A stretch of DNA of 64,000 bases, taken from NCBI GenBank assembly GCA_902567435.1, contig CACFMU010000002.1, positions 3,990 through 67,989 on the forward strand. The letters run 5' to 3'. Below the pieces are notes generated by a model. It was given only the letters and a program-made list of their open reading frames with translations, had not been told where the DNA came from and searched no databases. This DNA is from an uncultured Pelagibacteraceae bacterium (GTDB lineage Bacteria; Pseudomonadota; Alphaproteobacteria; Pelagibacterales; Pelagibacteraceae). Made by a program: the position numbers and the translations under genes. Of this stretch, positions 48,499 through 59,207 are shown in pieces. How positions within the stretch are numbered: the first letter of the stretch is position 1; every line of letters begins with the position of its first letter.

Positions 48499-49166
48499 AA
48501 GAATTAATAGACATAAAATACTGGATATTTGATCTAGATAACACTCTTTATAGCGGTCAAACGCAGGTTTTCTCTGAAGTAGATAAAAAAATGAGCGCAT
48601 TTATATCAAAAAAAATGAATGTGGATTTAGTCAAAGCAAAAGAAATACAAAAAAAATATTTTTATGAATATGGCACAACACTATCAGGATTAATGAAACA
48701 GGATGGTATAGATCCACATGACTTTTTAGAATTTGTTCATGATATTGACATAAGCTGGTTGCCTAAAGATTTAAAATTACGAGAAGAATTAACAAAAATT
48801 AAAGAAAAAAAAATTATCTTTACCAATGGTTCACATGCACATGTTGAAAATGTCACCAAGCAATTAGGAATAGATGGCCTATTTGATGGAGCTTTTGATA
48901 TTGTAGATGCTGATTTTACTCCAAAACCTCATTTAGATCCCTATGAAAAATTAATAAAAAAATTTAATATTAATCCAAATCAGTCAATTTTAATTGAGGA
49001 TATTGCACACAATTTAGAACAAGCTAAAAATTTAGGAATGAAAACTTGTTGGTTGGAAAATGAGGAGTCATTTGCAAAAAAAGACTCTGACAAATCTTAC
49101 ATAGATTATAAGATTAAGAACTTGCCTTCTTTTTTACAAGAAATTAATATATTAAAGAATAATTAA
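48495..49166 (+). CDS. Pyrimidine 5'-nucleotidase (HAD)
   Basis: FDLDNTLY, YGTTLSGL, FTNG, KP, ED..HNL. Confidence 0.85.
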   Translation: MKELIDIKYWIFDLDNTLYSGQTQVFSEVDKKMSAFISKKMNVDLVKAKEIQKKYFYEYGTTLSGLMKQDGIDPHDFLEFVHDIDISWLPKDLKLREELTKIKEKKIIFTNGSHAHVENVTKQLGIDGLFDGAFDIVDADFTPKPHLDPYEKLIKKFNINPNQSILIEDIAHNLEQAKNLGMKTCWLENEESFAKKDSDKSYIDYKIKNLPSFLQEINILKNN

Positions 49167-49188
49167 ATTAACTTTCTAAAATTAAAAT

Positions 49189-50019
49189 ATGAGCGATATA
49201 GAAAAAATTATAAATGATGCGTGGGAAAATAGAGATAATGTAAATCAAGATTCTGACCAAAGTTTAAAGGATACTATCAATCAAATGATTGATGATTTAG
49301 ATAGTGGTAAAGTTAGGGTCGCAGAAAAAATAGATGGTGAATGGGTCACACATCAACACATTAAAAAAGCTATTATGCTCAGCTTTAGAATATATCCAAT
49401 GGAAAATTTAAATGGACCATACAGTAGTTGGTATGACAAGGCACATTTGTTAAAGGGTAAAACAGCTGGTTGGACAAAAGAGGATCATGAAAAAGCTGGT
49501 TTTAGAATGGTACCTAATTCTCCTGTAAGAAAAGGTTCGTTTGTAGGAAAAAATGCTGTTCTTATGCCATGCTATGTAAATATTGGAGCTTATATAGATG
49601 AAGGTACTATGATGGATACTTTTAGTCGTGCTGGTAGTTGTTGCCAAATAGGAAAAAATTGTCATATTTCTGCTGGATCAGGAATTGGGGGTGTCTTGGA
49701 ACCCGCTCAAGCATTACCAACTATAATTGAAGATAATTGTTTTATTGGAGCAATGTCAGAAGTTGTTGAGGGTGTCATTGTTGGAGAAGGATCTGTTTTG
49801 AGTATGGGAATGTATATAGGACAATCAACTAAAATAGTTAATAGAAATACAGGGGAAGTTACTTATGGAAAAATTCCACCATATTCTGTAGTTGTGCCTG
49901 GTTCATTGCCTGATAAAAATAATTCTTCCGCACCATCGTTATATTGTGCGGTAATAATCAAACAAGTTGATGAAAAGACTAGATCTAAAACTTCTGTTAA
50001 TGATCTATTAAGAGAATAG
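49189..50019 (+). CDS. dapD: Tetrahydrodipicolinate N-succinyltransferase
   Basis: [25 protein letters not shown]. Confidence 0.96.
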   Translation: MSDIEKIINDAWENRDNVNQDSDQSLKDTINQMIDDLDSGKVRVAEKIDGEWVTHQHIKKAIMLSFRIYPMENLNGPYSSWYDKAHLLKGKTAGWTKEDHEKAGFRMVPNSPVRKGSFVGKNAVLMPCYVNIGAYIDEGTMMDTFSRAGSCCQIGKNCHISAGSGIGGVLEPAQALPTIIEDNCFIGAMSEVVEGVIVGEGSVLSMGMYIGQSTKIVNRNTGEVTYGKIPPYSVVVPGSLPDKNNSSAPSLYCAVIIKQVDEKTRSKTSVNDLLRE

Positions 50020-50026
50020 ATTTATA

Positions 50027-51184
50027 ATGGCCACTATTAACGAACTTCAATTAGCTAAACAACTAATTAAATTTCCAACTGTAACACCTATTGACGCCGG
50101 AATAATGAAATTCTTAGAAAAAAAACTTAAAACTCTTGGGTTCAAAACAAAAATTTTAGAATTTAAAGAAAAAAACAGTAAACCTGTAAAAAATCTATAC
50201 GCAAGACTGGGAAATAAAGGGCCTAATTTTTGCTATGCTGGTCATCTTGATGTAGTTCCAGCTGGGAATTTAAAAGATTGGACCGTAAATCCTTTTAAAC
50301 CCTCTATAAAAAAAGGTTTTTTAATCGGAAGAGGCGCGAATGATATGAAAAGTTCTGTTGCTGCTTTTGTTTCAGCGGTAAGCAATTTCATGTCAAAAAG
50401 AAGAAAATTTAATGGCTCTATTAGTCTTTTAATTACTGGTGATGAAGAAGGAGTTGCAATAAATGGTACAAAAAAAGTAGTCGAATATTTAAGAAAGAAA
50501 AAAGAAAAGATAGATTTTTGTTTAGTTGGAGAGCCAACTAACCCAAATAAATTAGGTGAAATGATTAAAATTGGTCGTAGGGGAAGTATGACTGGAAAAT
50601 TAACAATCATTGGTATCCAAGGACATGTTGCTTACCCTGATAGAGCAAATAATCCTTCAACGGCATTAGTTCAAATACTGAAAGAACTTAAAGAAATTAA
50701 ATTTGATAATGGTACAAAAGATTTTCAACCTACAAATCTTGAAATTACCAAAATCAATATAGATAATTTTGCAGATAATGTGATACCAGGATCGGCTAAT
50801 GCAAAGTTTAATATCAGATTTAATAACAAACATTCTTCAAATTCAATTAAAAAGAAAATTGATAAAATTATTAAAAGAATAAGTAAAAAAAATAAATCAA
50901 AGTTTAATATTGATTATAGTGTCTCAGGAGAAGCTTTTCTGACTAAACCAAATGACACTACTTATATGATTAGAGATGAAATTAAGAAAATAACAAAGAT
51001 TAAACCTAAGTTATCTACAACTGGTGGAACTTCTGATGCGAGATTCATTAGAAAAATAGCACCTTGTTTAGAGTTTGGTTTAGTTGGAAAAACTATGCAC
51101 AAAGTAGATGAAGCAGTTTCATTGTCAGATTTAAAAAAATTATCATTAATTTATTCTAATATCTTAAAAAACTACTTTAAGTGA
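50027..51184 (+). CDS. dapE: Succinyl-diaminopimelate desuccinylase
   Basis: GHLDVVP, GRGANDMK, GDEEG, GRRGS, GGTSDARF. Confidence 0.95.
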   Translation: MATINELQLAKQLIKFPTVTPIDAGIMKFLEKKLKTLGFKTKILEFKEKNSKPVKNLYARLGNKGPNFCYAGHLDVVPAGNLKDWTVNPFKPSIKKGFLIGRGANDMKSSVAAFVSAVSNFMSKRRKFNGSISLLITGDEEGVAINGTKKVVEYLRKKKEKIDFCLVGEPTNPNKLGEMIKIGRRGSMTGKLTIIGIQGHVAYPDRANNPSTALVQILKELKEIKFDNGTKDFQPTNLEITKINIDNFADNVIPGSANAKFNIRFNNKHSSNSIKKKIDKIIKRISKKNKSKFNIDYSVSGEAFLTKPNDTTYMIRDEIKKITKIKPKLSTTGGTSDARFIRKIAPCLEFGLVGKTMHKVDEAVSLSDLKKLSLIYSNILKNYFK

Positions 51185-52110
51185 AAACTGGTTTAGTAAC
51201 ATCAGATACTTATCAAAACCATAATACAGGTGAAGGTCATCCTGAAAAAATAGATAGAGTTACTGCAGTAATTGATAACTTTAAAAAGTTAGATAATAAA
51301 AATTTAATTTGGAAAAAACCAATTAACTTTGATCAAGATCTTTTAATTAAAACTCATTCATTGAATTATATAAACCAAGTACAAAAATCTTTTCCACAAA
51401 ATGGATTTAATTTTCTTGATGGCGATACGGTTGTTTCACCGGGTAGCAAAGATGCCACTAAAGATGCAGTTGGTTCAATACTTGCTGCAATAGAAGGTGT
51501 TCAAAATAAAGATTTCAAAAATGCCTTTTGTGCCGTTAGACCGCCTGGACATCATGCTGAAAAAGAGAAAGCAATGGGATTTTGTATTTATAATAATGTT
51601 GCTGTAGGTGCAAATTATCTTATTGAAAAATATAAATATAATAAAATTGCAATCATTGATTTTGATGTACACCACGGAAATGGAACTCAAGATATTTTTT
51701 ATGATAATGAAAAAGTCTTATACATATCAACTCATCAGTATCCTTATTATCCTGGATCAGGATCTGAAAAAGAAAAAGGTAAATATAATAATATTTTCAA
51801 TATTCCACTTGAAGCAGGCACAACAGCTGTTGAATATCTTAATGCATACGAACAAGTTTTAAATAAACTAAAAGAATTTAAACCTGAATTCTTGTTATTT
51901 TCTGCGGGTTTTGACGCACATATTGATGATCCTTTGGCCCAATTAAGATTAGATTCAGAAGATTTTTATACTTTAACAAAAAGAACTTTAGAAATTTCAA
52001 AATCATTTTGTAACGGAAATGTGGTTTCAATTCTTGAGGGTGGATATGATTTAAAAGCGCTTCAAGAAAGTACTCAAAGACATGTAGATGCTTTAATAGA
52101 ATTTAATTGA
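51181..52110 (+). CDS. Histone deacetylase family protein
   Basis: HPE, RPPGHHA, GFC..NN, DFDVHHGNGT, SAGFDAH, LEGGY. Confidence 0.93.
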   Translation: MKTGLVTSDTYQNHNTGEGHPEKIDRVTAVIDNFKKLDNKNLIWKKPINFDQDLLIKTHSLNYINQVQKSFPQNGFNFLDGDTVVSPGSKDATKDAVGSILAAIEGVQNKDFKNAFCAVRPPGHHAEKEKAMGFCIYNNVAVGANYLIEKYKYNKIAIIDFDVHHGNGTQDIFYDNEKVLYISTHQYPYYPGSGSEKEKGKYNNIFNIPLEAGTTAVEYLNAYEQVLNKLKEFKPEFLLFSAGFDAHIDDPLAQLRLDSEDFYTLTKRTLEISKSFCNGNVVSILEGGYDLKALQESTQRHVDALIEFN

Positions 52111-52140
52111 TAATTTTTGATAACACTCTAAAAAAATATA

Positions 52141-52632
52141 ATGAAATTATATAGAATTAAAAATTCTGATATTGATAAAAAAGGTCGAGGCCTTTACGCC
52201 ACAAAAAATATCAAAGCGGGAACAAAAATAATTGACTATATAGGAAAACTAATTACCAAAAGACAAACTGAAGAGTCAGATAAATACGATAATAGTAAAC
52301 CTATTTATTTATTCACAATAAATAAAAGATACGATCTTGACGGAGATTTTTCTTGGAATACTGCTGGTTTAATAAATCACTCCTGTGATAACAATTGTGA
52401 TTATGATGGTAAAGGACTTAAGATATGGGTCAAGGCCATTAAAGATATAAAAAAAGGTGAAGAATTTACATGTGACTATGGTTTTGGATATGATCAAAAT
52501 TACAAACAATTTAAATGCAAATGTAAATCAAAAAACTGTTGTGGCTATATAGTCAGAGCAGAGTCTAGATGGCGAATTAATAAAAAATTTGCAATGAGTA
52601 ATAAAAAAAAATTAATAAATCACTCTCGCTAA
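52141..52632 (+). CDS. SET-domain lysine methyltransferase with post-SET cysteines
   Basis: GRGLYA, INHSC..N, GEEFTCDY, CKC....C.G. Confidence 0.9.
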   Translation: MKLYRIKNSDIDKKGRGLYATKNIKAGTKIIDYIGKLITKRQTEESDKYDNSKPIYLFTINKRYDLDGDFSWNTAGLINHSCDNNCDYDGKGLKIWVKAIKDIKKGEEFTCDYGFGYDQNYKQFKCKCKSKNCCGYIVRAESRWRINKKFAMSNKKKLINHSR

Positions 52633-53353
52633 AAAAAGTCCTTCAGGAGGTGCCGGTGGTGCACATAATACTCTTTTTTTTGATTTAAAAATCTTATCAA
52701 ACGTTTTTAAATCCCATTTTTTTTTCACCTAAATATTTTAAACAACCAACCATAGATCTTACCTGTTGTTGTAAAAATGATTGAGATCTAAATTCTATTT
52801 CTATTTTATTTTTAGACGATTTGATTTTGATAGATTTAATCGTCTTAATTGGGCTTTTAGCATGACAGCTAGATGCTCTAAAAGTAGAATAATCATTAGT
52901 TCCCTCCAGTTTTTTTGCACCTTTTTTAATTAAACTTAAATCTAAAGTTTTTCTAACATGCCAACCTCTTTTTTTTTCTATCACAGGTTCACTAATTTGA
53001 TTAAAAATTATGTATTTATAAATTCTTTGTTTTGCAGAAAATCTTGAGTGAAATTTATTGCTTCTTTTTTTTATTTTTTTTATTGCAATACCTTTGTCAT
53101 TTAAAAAAAAGTTAATAGATTTTAAAAATTTTGTTAAATCTTTAATTTCATTTTTACAATCAAAATGAGCAGATTGTTCAATTGCATGAACTCCAGTATC
53201 TGTTCTTCCAGAACCATTTAAAATTATTTTTTGTTTTAACAGTTTGGTGAGTTTTTCTTGAATTAGACCTTGAATTGTTGAGCCTTTTTTTTGAATTTGC
53301 CACCCTCTAAAATTTGTACCTACATACTCAATAAGCAATTGATATCTGATCAT
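52612..53353 (-). CDS. truA: tRNA pseudouridine(38-40) synthase, +1 frameshift in an A9 tract near the 3' end
   Basis: GRTDTGVHA; conserved tail CAPPAPPEGLFL continues in another frame to TAA at 52612. Confidence 0.9.
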
Positions 53354-54277
53354 TTAAATTTTAGACCCTTTTTTTAATTGAGAACCAAGCATAAATTCAC
53401 CAATATTTTGAGGCTTTTTTCCTTGTCTTTGTATTTCAATAATTTTGATGGATTGATTTTTTCCACAAACAATTTCTAAATAGTTAGAAATAACTTCTCC
53501 TGGATTTCCAATTCCATTACCGATATCAGCTTTTAATATTTTATATCTTTCGCCATTATATATAAAAAAAGCACCAGGTGTTGGGTACAGACCATTTATT
53601 TTACCAATTATGTTTTGTGCAGATTCTGTCCAATCAATTTCTCCTTCAGACTTTTGAATTTTTGACGCATAAGTTGCTTTTGAATGATCTTGTTCAATAA
53701 AAGTGGCTTTATCATCTAATATATCATCAATATTATCTAAAATTTTTTCTGCAGCTAATAAAGAAAGTTTCTCTCCAATATCCTTAGCATTTAAATTATT
53801 CTCTAAATTTATTTTATAAGTGTTACATACTGGGCCAGTATCAAGCTTCTCTGCTATTTTCATAATACTTACACCAGTTTCTTTATCAAGGTTCATGATT
53901 GATCTTTGTATGGGAGCTGCACCTCTCCATCTTGGAAGTATTGATGCGTGAATATTTATAAAACCTTTTTTAGATAAGTTCAGGAATTCTTTTGGAATAA
54001 TTTGTCCATAAGCAACAACTACAACAAGATCTGCTTCTATCTTTTTAAAAGACTCATACTCTTCATTGTTATCTTTTAATGATTTTGGTGTTTTAAAATC
54101 CAAATTCAAAGTCTCTGCTATTCCCTGTATTGGTGATTTATTTATTCTTTGTCCTCTTTGAGATTTTTGAGGCGGTTGTGTATATACATTTGAGATAGGG
54201 TATCCATTTTGATATAAAGATTTTAAAATTGGTACCGCGAACATTGGGGTACCCATAAAAACAATCTTTTTAGGCAT
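53354..54277 (-). CDS. fmt: Methionyl-tRNA formyltransferase
   Basis: FMGTP, VAYGQI, NIHASILPRWRGAAPIQR. Confidence 0.96.
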   Translation of the reverse strand: MPKKIVFMGTPMFAVPILKSLYQNGYPISNVYTQPPQKSQRGQRINKSPIQGIAETLNLDFKTPKSLKDNNEEYESFKKIEADLVVVVAYGQIIPKEFLNLSKKGFINIHASILPRWRGAAPIQRSIMNLDKETGVSIMKIAEKLDTGPVCNTYKINLENNLNAKDIGEKLSLLAAEKILDNIDDILDDKATFIEQDHSKATYASKIQKSEGEIDWTESAQNIIGKINGLYPTPGAFFIYNGERYKILKADIGNGIGNPGEVISNYLEIVCGKNQSIKIIEIQRQGKKPQNIGEFMLGSQLKKGSKI

Positions 54278-54280
54278 TAA

Positions 54281-54799
54281 TTAAAGTACAGCTGTATTTG
54301 ATTTCAATTTTGATAGCTTTTTAATTATCATTGATTTTTTTAATTTTGATAAATAGTCAATAAAAAGAACACCCTCTAAATGATCCATTTCGTGTTGTAT
54401 ACAGGTTGCTAGCAATCCATCTGCTTTTAATAACTGCTTTTTCCCGTGATAATCTAAATATTCTACCTCACATTTACTTGGTCTATCTATTTCTGCAAAC
54501 TGGTTAGGAACAGATAAACATCCTTCTTCATATGTTGCTTTTATTGGATCTTTATTTTTGATAACGGGATTTACAAAATACCTTGGTTCTTTTTTTCCTT
54601 CTTCTTTACTAATATCCATCACTATTATCCTTTTTGGAACACCAACTTGAATTGCTGCAAGCCCTATACCTGGTGCGTCATACATTGTCTCCAACATATC
54701 ATCCATTAATGTTTGTTCTTCTTTGCCAACTTGATCAACAGGTTTAGATACTTGTCTTAACAATGGATTTGGCTCGGTTATGATAGTTCTAATAGTCAT
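54281..54799 (-). CDS. def: Peptide deformylase
   Basis: GIGLAAIQ, EGCLS, QHEMDHL. Confidence 0.97.
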   Translation of the reverse strand: MTIRTIITEPNPLLRQVSKPVDQVGKEEQTLMDDMLETMYDAPGIGLAAIQVGVPKRIIVMDISKEEGKKEPRYFVNPVIKNKDPIKATYEEGCLSVPNQFAEIDRPSKCEVEYLDYHGKKQLLKADGLLATCIQHEMDHLEGVLFIDYLSKLKKSMIIKKLSKLKSNTAVL

Positions 54800-54823
54800 A
54801 GAGGTATTATTTTATTATAAATT

Positions 54824-56587
54824 TTAAACTTTTAAAGGAAGAACTTTAAGTAGAAGTTTATTTCTTATTAAATCTACATTTAATTGGTTAAGCGTATTAA
54901 TTATGAAATATACCGTATCGTCATCAATATCTTCAATTCTTTCAGAACCAATAACTTCAATAACCCTTAATAATGCTGCCCCAACCTCTCTATTATCTAT
55001 CATTAATTGTATATCTGCTGGCATTTCAGTTGCACTAATTTTATACAGATCATTATATTTTTTTGAAATCTCAATGCCATCAGATTTTAACGCCTCAATA
55101 AAAATTATATCTTTTTTTGATAAAACATATTTTTTATTTTTTTTTATTTTTTTTAGGTATTTGTTCAAATCCTCTTCAATTTTAGATTTAGCATAATTAC
55201 CATTAAAATAATTTACTAACTTTGATTGGTGTAAAACTTTATTATTATATTTAATTCTTTTTTTACTTGAAGTACTGCCTTCTATATTTTCACTATAAAA
55301 AGTTGTAAAATTCGATGGAACATCTTCTGGGTCTATTGATTTTAAAAATCTCTTCAATTCTAAATCAAAAGTATTATCCAAACCTTCTGATATAAAAATG
55401 TCTTTTAAAATTTTCATTAATTCCAACTTTAACTTTGGTTCCTCAGTCAAAAGTACTCTTTGATAAACTAAAGCTTTCGCCTCAATTGATGGAAGAGATT
55501 TATAAGACTGTTTGGTATTTAGTAATTGATTTATTGTAAACTGAAATTTTTTGTAAAATTCAAACAATTCTTCCTCAGAATAATTTTTATCATGGACAGC
55601 TTTCTCTATTGTGGAAATTTTTTCAATATCAGTAATTTCAATGTCTTTGATATTAAATAATAAATTTGAAGCTGATAAATATTTCCAGATTAATTTTGGA
55701 GTATCTTTTTTTGGTTCAAATTTAAATTCTGGATTTGTTCTATGAGCTAAATGAAAATCAAGAATAGAATTTTCAGATATATCTTTATTTGCTTCTTCTA
55801 AATATCCAAATAAATAATTAATTTTATTCTCAAAATACTCATCGTTAAAACCTAATTCTTTTTTTAAATCTAAAATAAGTTGAGCTTCTTCATTTTTTCC
55901 ATAATTTATTAAACAATATAAATTAAATTTTGATAAGTATTCATTTTCAAGAGGTTCTTTTATTTTGGAAAAAATTTCACACGATTTTTTTACATCAGAT
56001 TTGGATAGATAGTTATCAACCATATATCTCATCAATTCTGGATGAAGATTTGTAGCTTGATTTTTAATTAAAAATTCCTCAATCAATTCAAGATTCGAAT
56101 CTTTGATTAACCAATTAGATTTAAAATTTAAAAATTCGTCTTCTGTGATACTTTTATTTGGATAGTAAGTATTTGTTAGTAATGCAATATTAAGAATTTC
56201 TGATGCATCACTTGAAAGATCATAATTATCTATATTTTTAAAAAGTTTTTTTAGAGTTGCGCCATCTGAATTTGACCACATATCAATACTTAATCCATAA
56301 TCTGCAGGATCATATAATCCAACAATCTTAATTTCTTTCGAAGTGAGTTCGTTATCTAGTTTTACGGTTTCTTTTTTATTATCAGTTTGTAAATTATAAA
56401 TATTACTATCTTTTTTAACTTCTATATTTTCAATTGTTGAAATTGTTGCTGATGTTGTCTCATTTGTTTTTTTTTCTATATTCCAAATATCTATAGGCTG
56501 ATCTTCTGCCAATGCACAGAATGAAGAGAGTGAATAGATGATTATTATTGATAAATATTTTTTATTTAACCACTTTAAAATTCTCAT
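54824..56587 (-). CDS. Exported hypothetical protein
   Basis: 587 aa with signal-peptide-like N-terminus. Confidence 0.7.
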   Translation of the reverse strand: MRILKWLNKKYLSIIIIYSLSSFCALAEDQPIDIWNIEKKTNETTSATISTIENIEVKKDSNIYNLQTDNKKETVKLDNELTSKEIKIVGLYDPADYGLSIDMWSNSDGATLKKLFKNIDNYDLSSDASEILNIALLTNTYYPNKSITEDEFLNFKSNWLIKDSNLELIEEFLIKNQATNLHPELMRYMVDNYLSKSDVKKSCEIFSKIKEPLENEYLSKFNLYCLINYGKNEEAQLILDLKKELGFNDEYFENKINYLFGYLEEANKDISENSILDFHLAHRTNPEFKFEPKKDTPKLIWKYLSASNLLFNIKDIEITDIEKISTIEKAVHDKNYSEEELFEFYKKFQFTINQLLNTKQSYKSLPSIEAKALVYQRVLLTEEPKLKLELMKILKDIFISEGLDNTFDLELKRFLKSIDPEDVPSNFTTFYSENIEGSTSSKKRIKYNNKVLHQSKLVNYFNGNYAKSKIEEDLNKYLKKIKKNKKYVLSKKDIIFIEALKSDGIEISKKYNDLYKISATEMPADIQLMIDNREVGAALLRVIEVIGSERIEDIDDDTVYFIINTLNQLNVDLIRNKLLLKVLPLKV

Positions 56588-56744
56588 TAGGGATAATTTT
56601 CTTTATTTCTTTTTTTGGCGATGGAAAATCAATTGTATTTAGAAAAAAAACTAAACCTAAAATTGCTACTAATCCAAAAATAGATTTAATTACTAATCCT
56701 ATTATATTAATTTTGCCTGAACTTGTATTTTTACTAAATTCCAT
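56562..56744 (-). CDS. Small membrane protein
   Basis: 60 aa, single TM; divergent from aroK. Confidence 0.6.
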   Translation of the reverse strand: MEFSKNTSSGKINIIGLVIKSIFGLVAILGLVFFLNTIDFPSPKKEIKKIIPNENFKVVK

Positions 56745-56801
56745 ATAACTTTAGATAATTTCAAATTAAGACATATTTGTGTTTTTTCAATAAAGAAACT
56801 T

Positions 56802-57314
56802 ATGAAATCAAAAGAAAATCTAATTTTTTTAGGAATGATGGGATCAGGAAAGAGTTCTATTGGTTCTTTGGTTGCAAAAAAACTACAATTAAACTTTATA
56901 GATATTGATAATGAAATTGAGACTGAACTAGGATTGTCGATTAAAAAAATATTTGAAGCAAAAGGTGAGAATTATTTCAGAAAATTTGAAGAAAAAATTA
57001 CATTAAAAAAACTAAAATTAAATCCTGTAGTTATATCTCTTGGGGGCGGTGCATTTACAAATAGAAATATTAGAAAAGAGGTAATAAAAAATCATTTATC
57101 TTTTTGGTTAAATTGGAGTGATAAAATATTGGTGAATAGAATAAAAAATAGTAAAAAAAGACCTTTGGTGTCAAATGCTTCTGAAAATGAAATAATTGAT
57201 TTAATTAAAAAACGGTCTAACATTTACGAAAAAGCTTTATATAAAATTGAATGTGATAGCTTAACTAAGAAAGAAATTGTTGAAAAAATTTTAAACATTT
57301 ATGAGGCCCATTAA
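56802..57314 (+). CDS. aroK: Shikimate kinase
   Basis: GMMGSGKSSIG, GE..FR, SLGGGA, RPL. Confidence 0.94.
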   Translation: MKSKENLIFLGMMGSGKSSIGSLVAKKLQLNFIDIDNEIETELGLSIKKIFEAKGENYFRKFEEKITLKKLKLNPVVISLGGGAFTNRNIRKEVIKNHLSFWLNWSDKILVNRIKNSKKRPLVSNASENEIIDLIKKRSNIYEKALYKIECDSLTKKEIVEKILNIYEAH

Positions 57315-58407
57315 ATTAAAGATAGATACTAAAAGCCAAAGATATCCCATTATCATTGGTTCTAATTTAGTTTCAAATTTAGCAAATATTGCAAAAAATA
57401 ATTCAGTTAATTTTAAAAAATGTCTTCTTATTATAGATAAAAATTTATCAAAAAAAATTATTTCTAGAATAAAAAAATCTTTAAGCAAAAAAAAACTGTA
57501 CCTTTATATTTTTAATGCAAATGAAAAAAATAAGAATCAAAATAGTGTTAATAAAATTTTAGATATTCTTTTAAAAAAAAACTTTTCTAGAGAAGATTGC
57601 CTAATCTCAATTGGCGGTGGAATTACTGGAGATATTAGTGGTTTTGCTGCTAGTTTGTTCAAAAGAGGGCTAAAATTTATAAATGTTCCAACAACCCTTT
57701 TATCGCAAGTAGACTCTTCAATTGGAGGAAAAACTGGAGTTAACACCAAATATGGAAAAAATTTAATTGGAAGTTTCTATCAGCCTCATTTGGTTGTTTC
57801 TGATATTCAATTTTTAAAAACACTTCCAAAGAGAGAAATTATTTGTGGCTATGGCGAAATTTTAAAACATTCGTTAATTGCTGATAAAAAAATTTTTAAT
57901 TATTTAAATAAAAATAGTGAAAAAGTTTTAAGTCTTACTTCTCCGTTTATAGAAAAAACAATTTTCGAAAGCTGTAAAATTAAAAAAAATGTTGTTGAAA
58001 AAGATGAAAAAGAAAAAGGACTTAGAAAAACTCTAAATTTTGGCCACACATTTGCGCATGCATATGAAGCATCTTTAGGCTATTCAAAAAGACTAAACCA
58101 CGGTGAAGCAGTAATACTTGGAATGAAAACTGCTTTAAATTTTAGTTTAAAAAATAATTTGCTAAAAAATGAAGAGCATAATTTAATAATTAATCATATT
58201 AGTAATTCAAATTTACCATCAAAAATAACTAAGTTTTTTAATTTAAAAGATTTAGGTAAAATTTTATCATTTATGGTTAAGGACAAGAAAAATAATTCAG
58301 ATAAAATTAGTTTAGTTTTATTAAAAAAAATTGGCTCTCCACTAATCAATAAAGAATACACCAAAAAAATGGTAGCAAATTTTTTAAAAAGTGAATTAAC
58401 TAATTGA
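57301..58407 (+). CDS. aroB: 3-dehydroquinate synthase
   Basis: GGGITGD, PTTLLSQVDSSIGGKT, LNFGHT, HGEAV. Confidence 0.96.
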   Translation: MRPIKLKIDTKSQRYPIIIGSNLVSNLANIAKNNSVNFKKCLLIIDKNLSKKIISRIKKSLSKKKLYLYIFNANEKNKNQNSVNKILDILLKKNFSREDCLISIGGGITGDISGFAASLFKRGLKFINVPTTLLSQVDSSIGGKTGVNTKYGKNLIGSFYQPHLVVSDIQFLKTLPKREIICGYGEILKHSLIADKKIFNYLNKNSEKVLSLTSPFIEKTIFESCKIKKNVVEKDEKEKGLRKTLNFGHTFAHAYEASLGYSKRLNHGEAVILGMKTALNFSLKNNLLKNEEHNLIINHISNSNLPSKITKFFNLKDLGKILSFMVKDKKNNSDKISLVLLKKIGSPLINKEYTKKMVANFLKSELTN

Positions 58408-58656
58408 TATTTGTATTGAATGAATAAACATCTTTAGTTCTTCACTTAAAATCTTATAAATTTTTTTATTACTCTCTATTCTGCTCATTTTTTTTAGTTC
58501 AATTGACTTAAGATGAATTTTTAAATGGAATTTACCTTCCTGGTTTCCAGCATGATTTTTATGAAGGAAAGACTTGTCTTCAATTTTAATACTTTCAATA
58601 CTAATTTTCTCTTGAAGCTTTTTTTTTACAATTGCAATTAACTCATTTATATCCAT
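58396..58656 (-). CDS. bolA: BolA family protein
   Basis: D.S..H..H.G, IHSIQI; conserved position next to aroB. Confidence 0.8.
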   Translation of the reverse strand: MDINELIAIVKKKLQEKISIESIKIEDKSFLHKNHAGNQEGKFHLKIHLKSIELKKMSRIESNKKIYKILSEELKMFIHSIQISIS

Positions 58657-58673
58657 AAATATTATTATATATC

Positions 58674-59207
58674 ATGAAAAATATTTGTGACTGGAATAAT
58701 TGTAATAAAATTGGTGAATATAAAGCGCCAGTGGAAAAAGATAATAGCAAAAAATATAGAATGCTTTGTCTTGAACATGTAAAAGAATTTAATAAAAATT
58801 GGAATTATTTTTCAGGTATGAATGATGACCAGGTTTTAAATTTCTTAAAATCAGATATGATTTGGCATAAACCCACACAAAGCTTCAGTTCTTCAGACAA
58901 TTTTTTTAAAGTTCTTTGGAATAACACTTTAAGAGATGAATTAGATAAAGATAAGATTAATGGAGAATATGATCATATGCGTCAATTTAAATTTAATCAT
59001 AAAGACATTAAAGCCTTTGGAATATTAGGTGTTTCAGTAGGTTTAAAATGGAAAAAAATTCAAGATAAGTTCAAATTACTTGTCAAAAAATTTCACCCAG
59101 ATATAAATGCCGGAAATAAAAAATATGAAGAAAAACTAAAACTAATCACTTTAGCTTATACACAACTTAAAAATACTTATAGAGAAAAAATTGACACCAA
59201 ATCTTGA
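58674..59207 (+). CDS. J-domain protein (N-terminal Cys motif, C-terminal HPD)
   Basis: CDW..C...[26 protein letters not shown]. Confidence 0.85.
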   Translation: MKNICDWNNCNKIGEYKAPVEKDNSKKYRMLCLEHVKEFNKNWNYFSGMNDDQVLNFLKSDMIWHKPTQSFSSSDNFFKVLWNNTLRDELDKDKINGEYDHMRQFKFNHKDIKAFGILGVSVGLKWKKIQDKFKLLVKKFHPDINAGNKKYEEKLKLITLAYTQLKNTYREKIDTKS

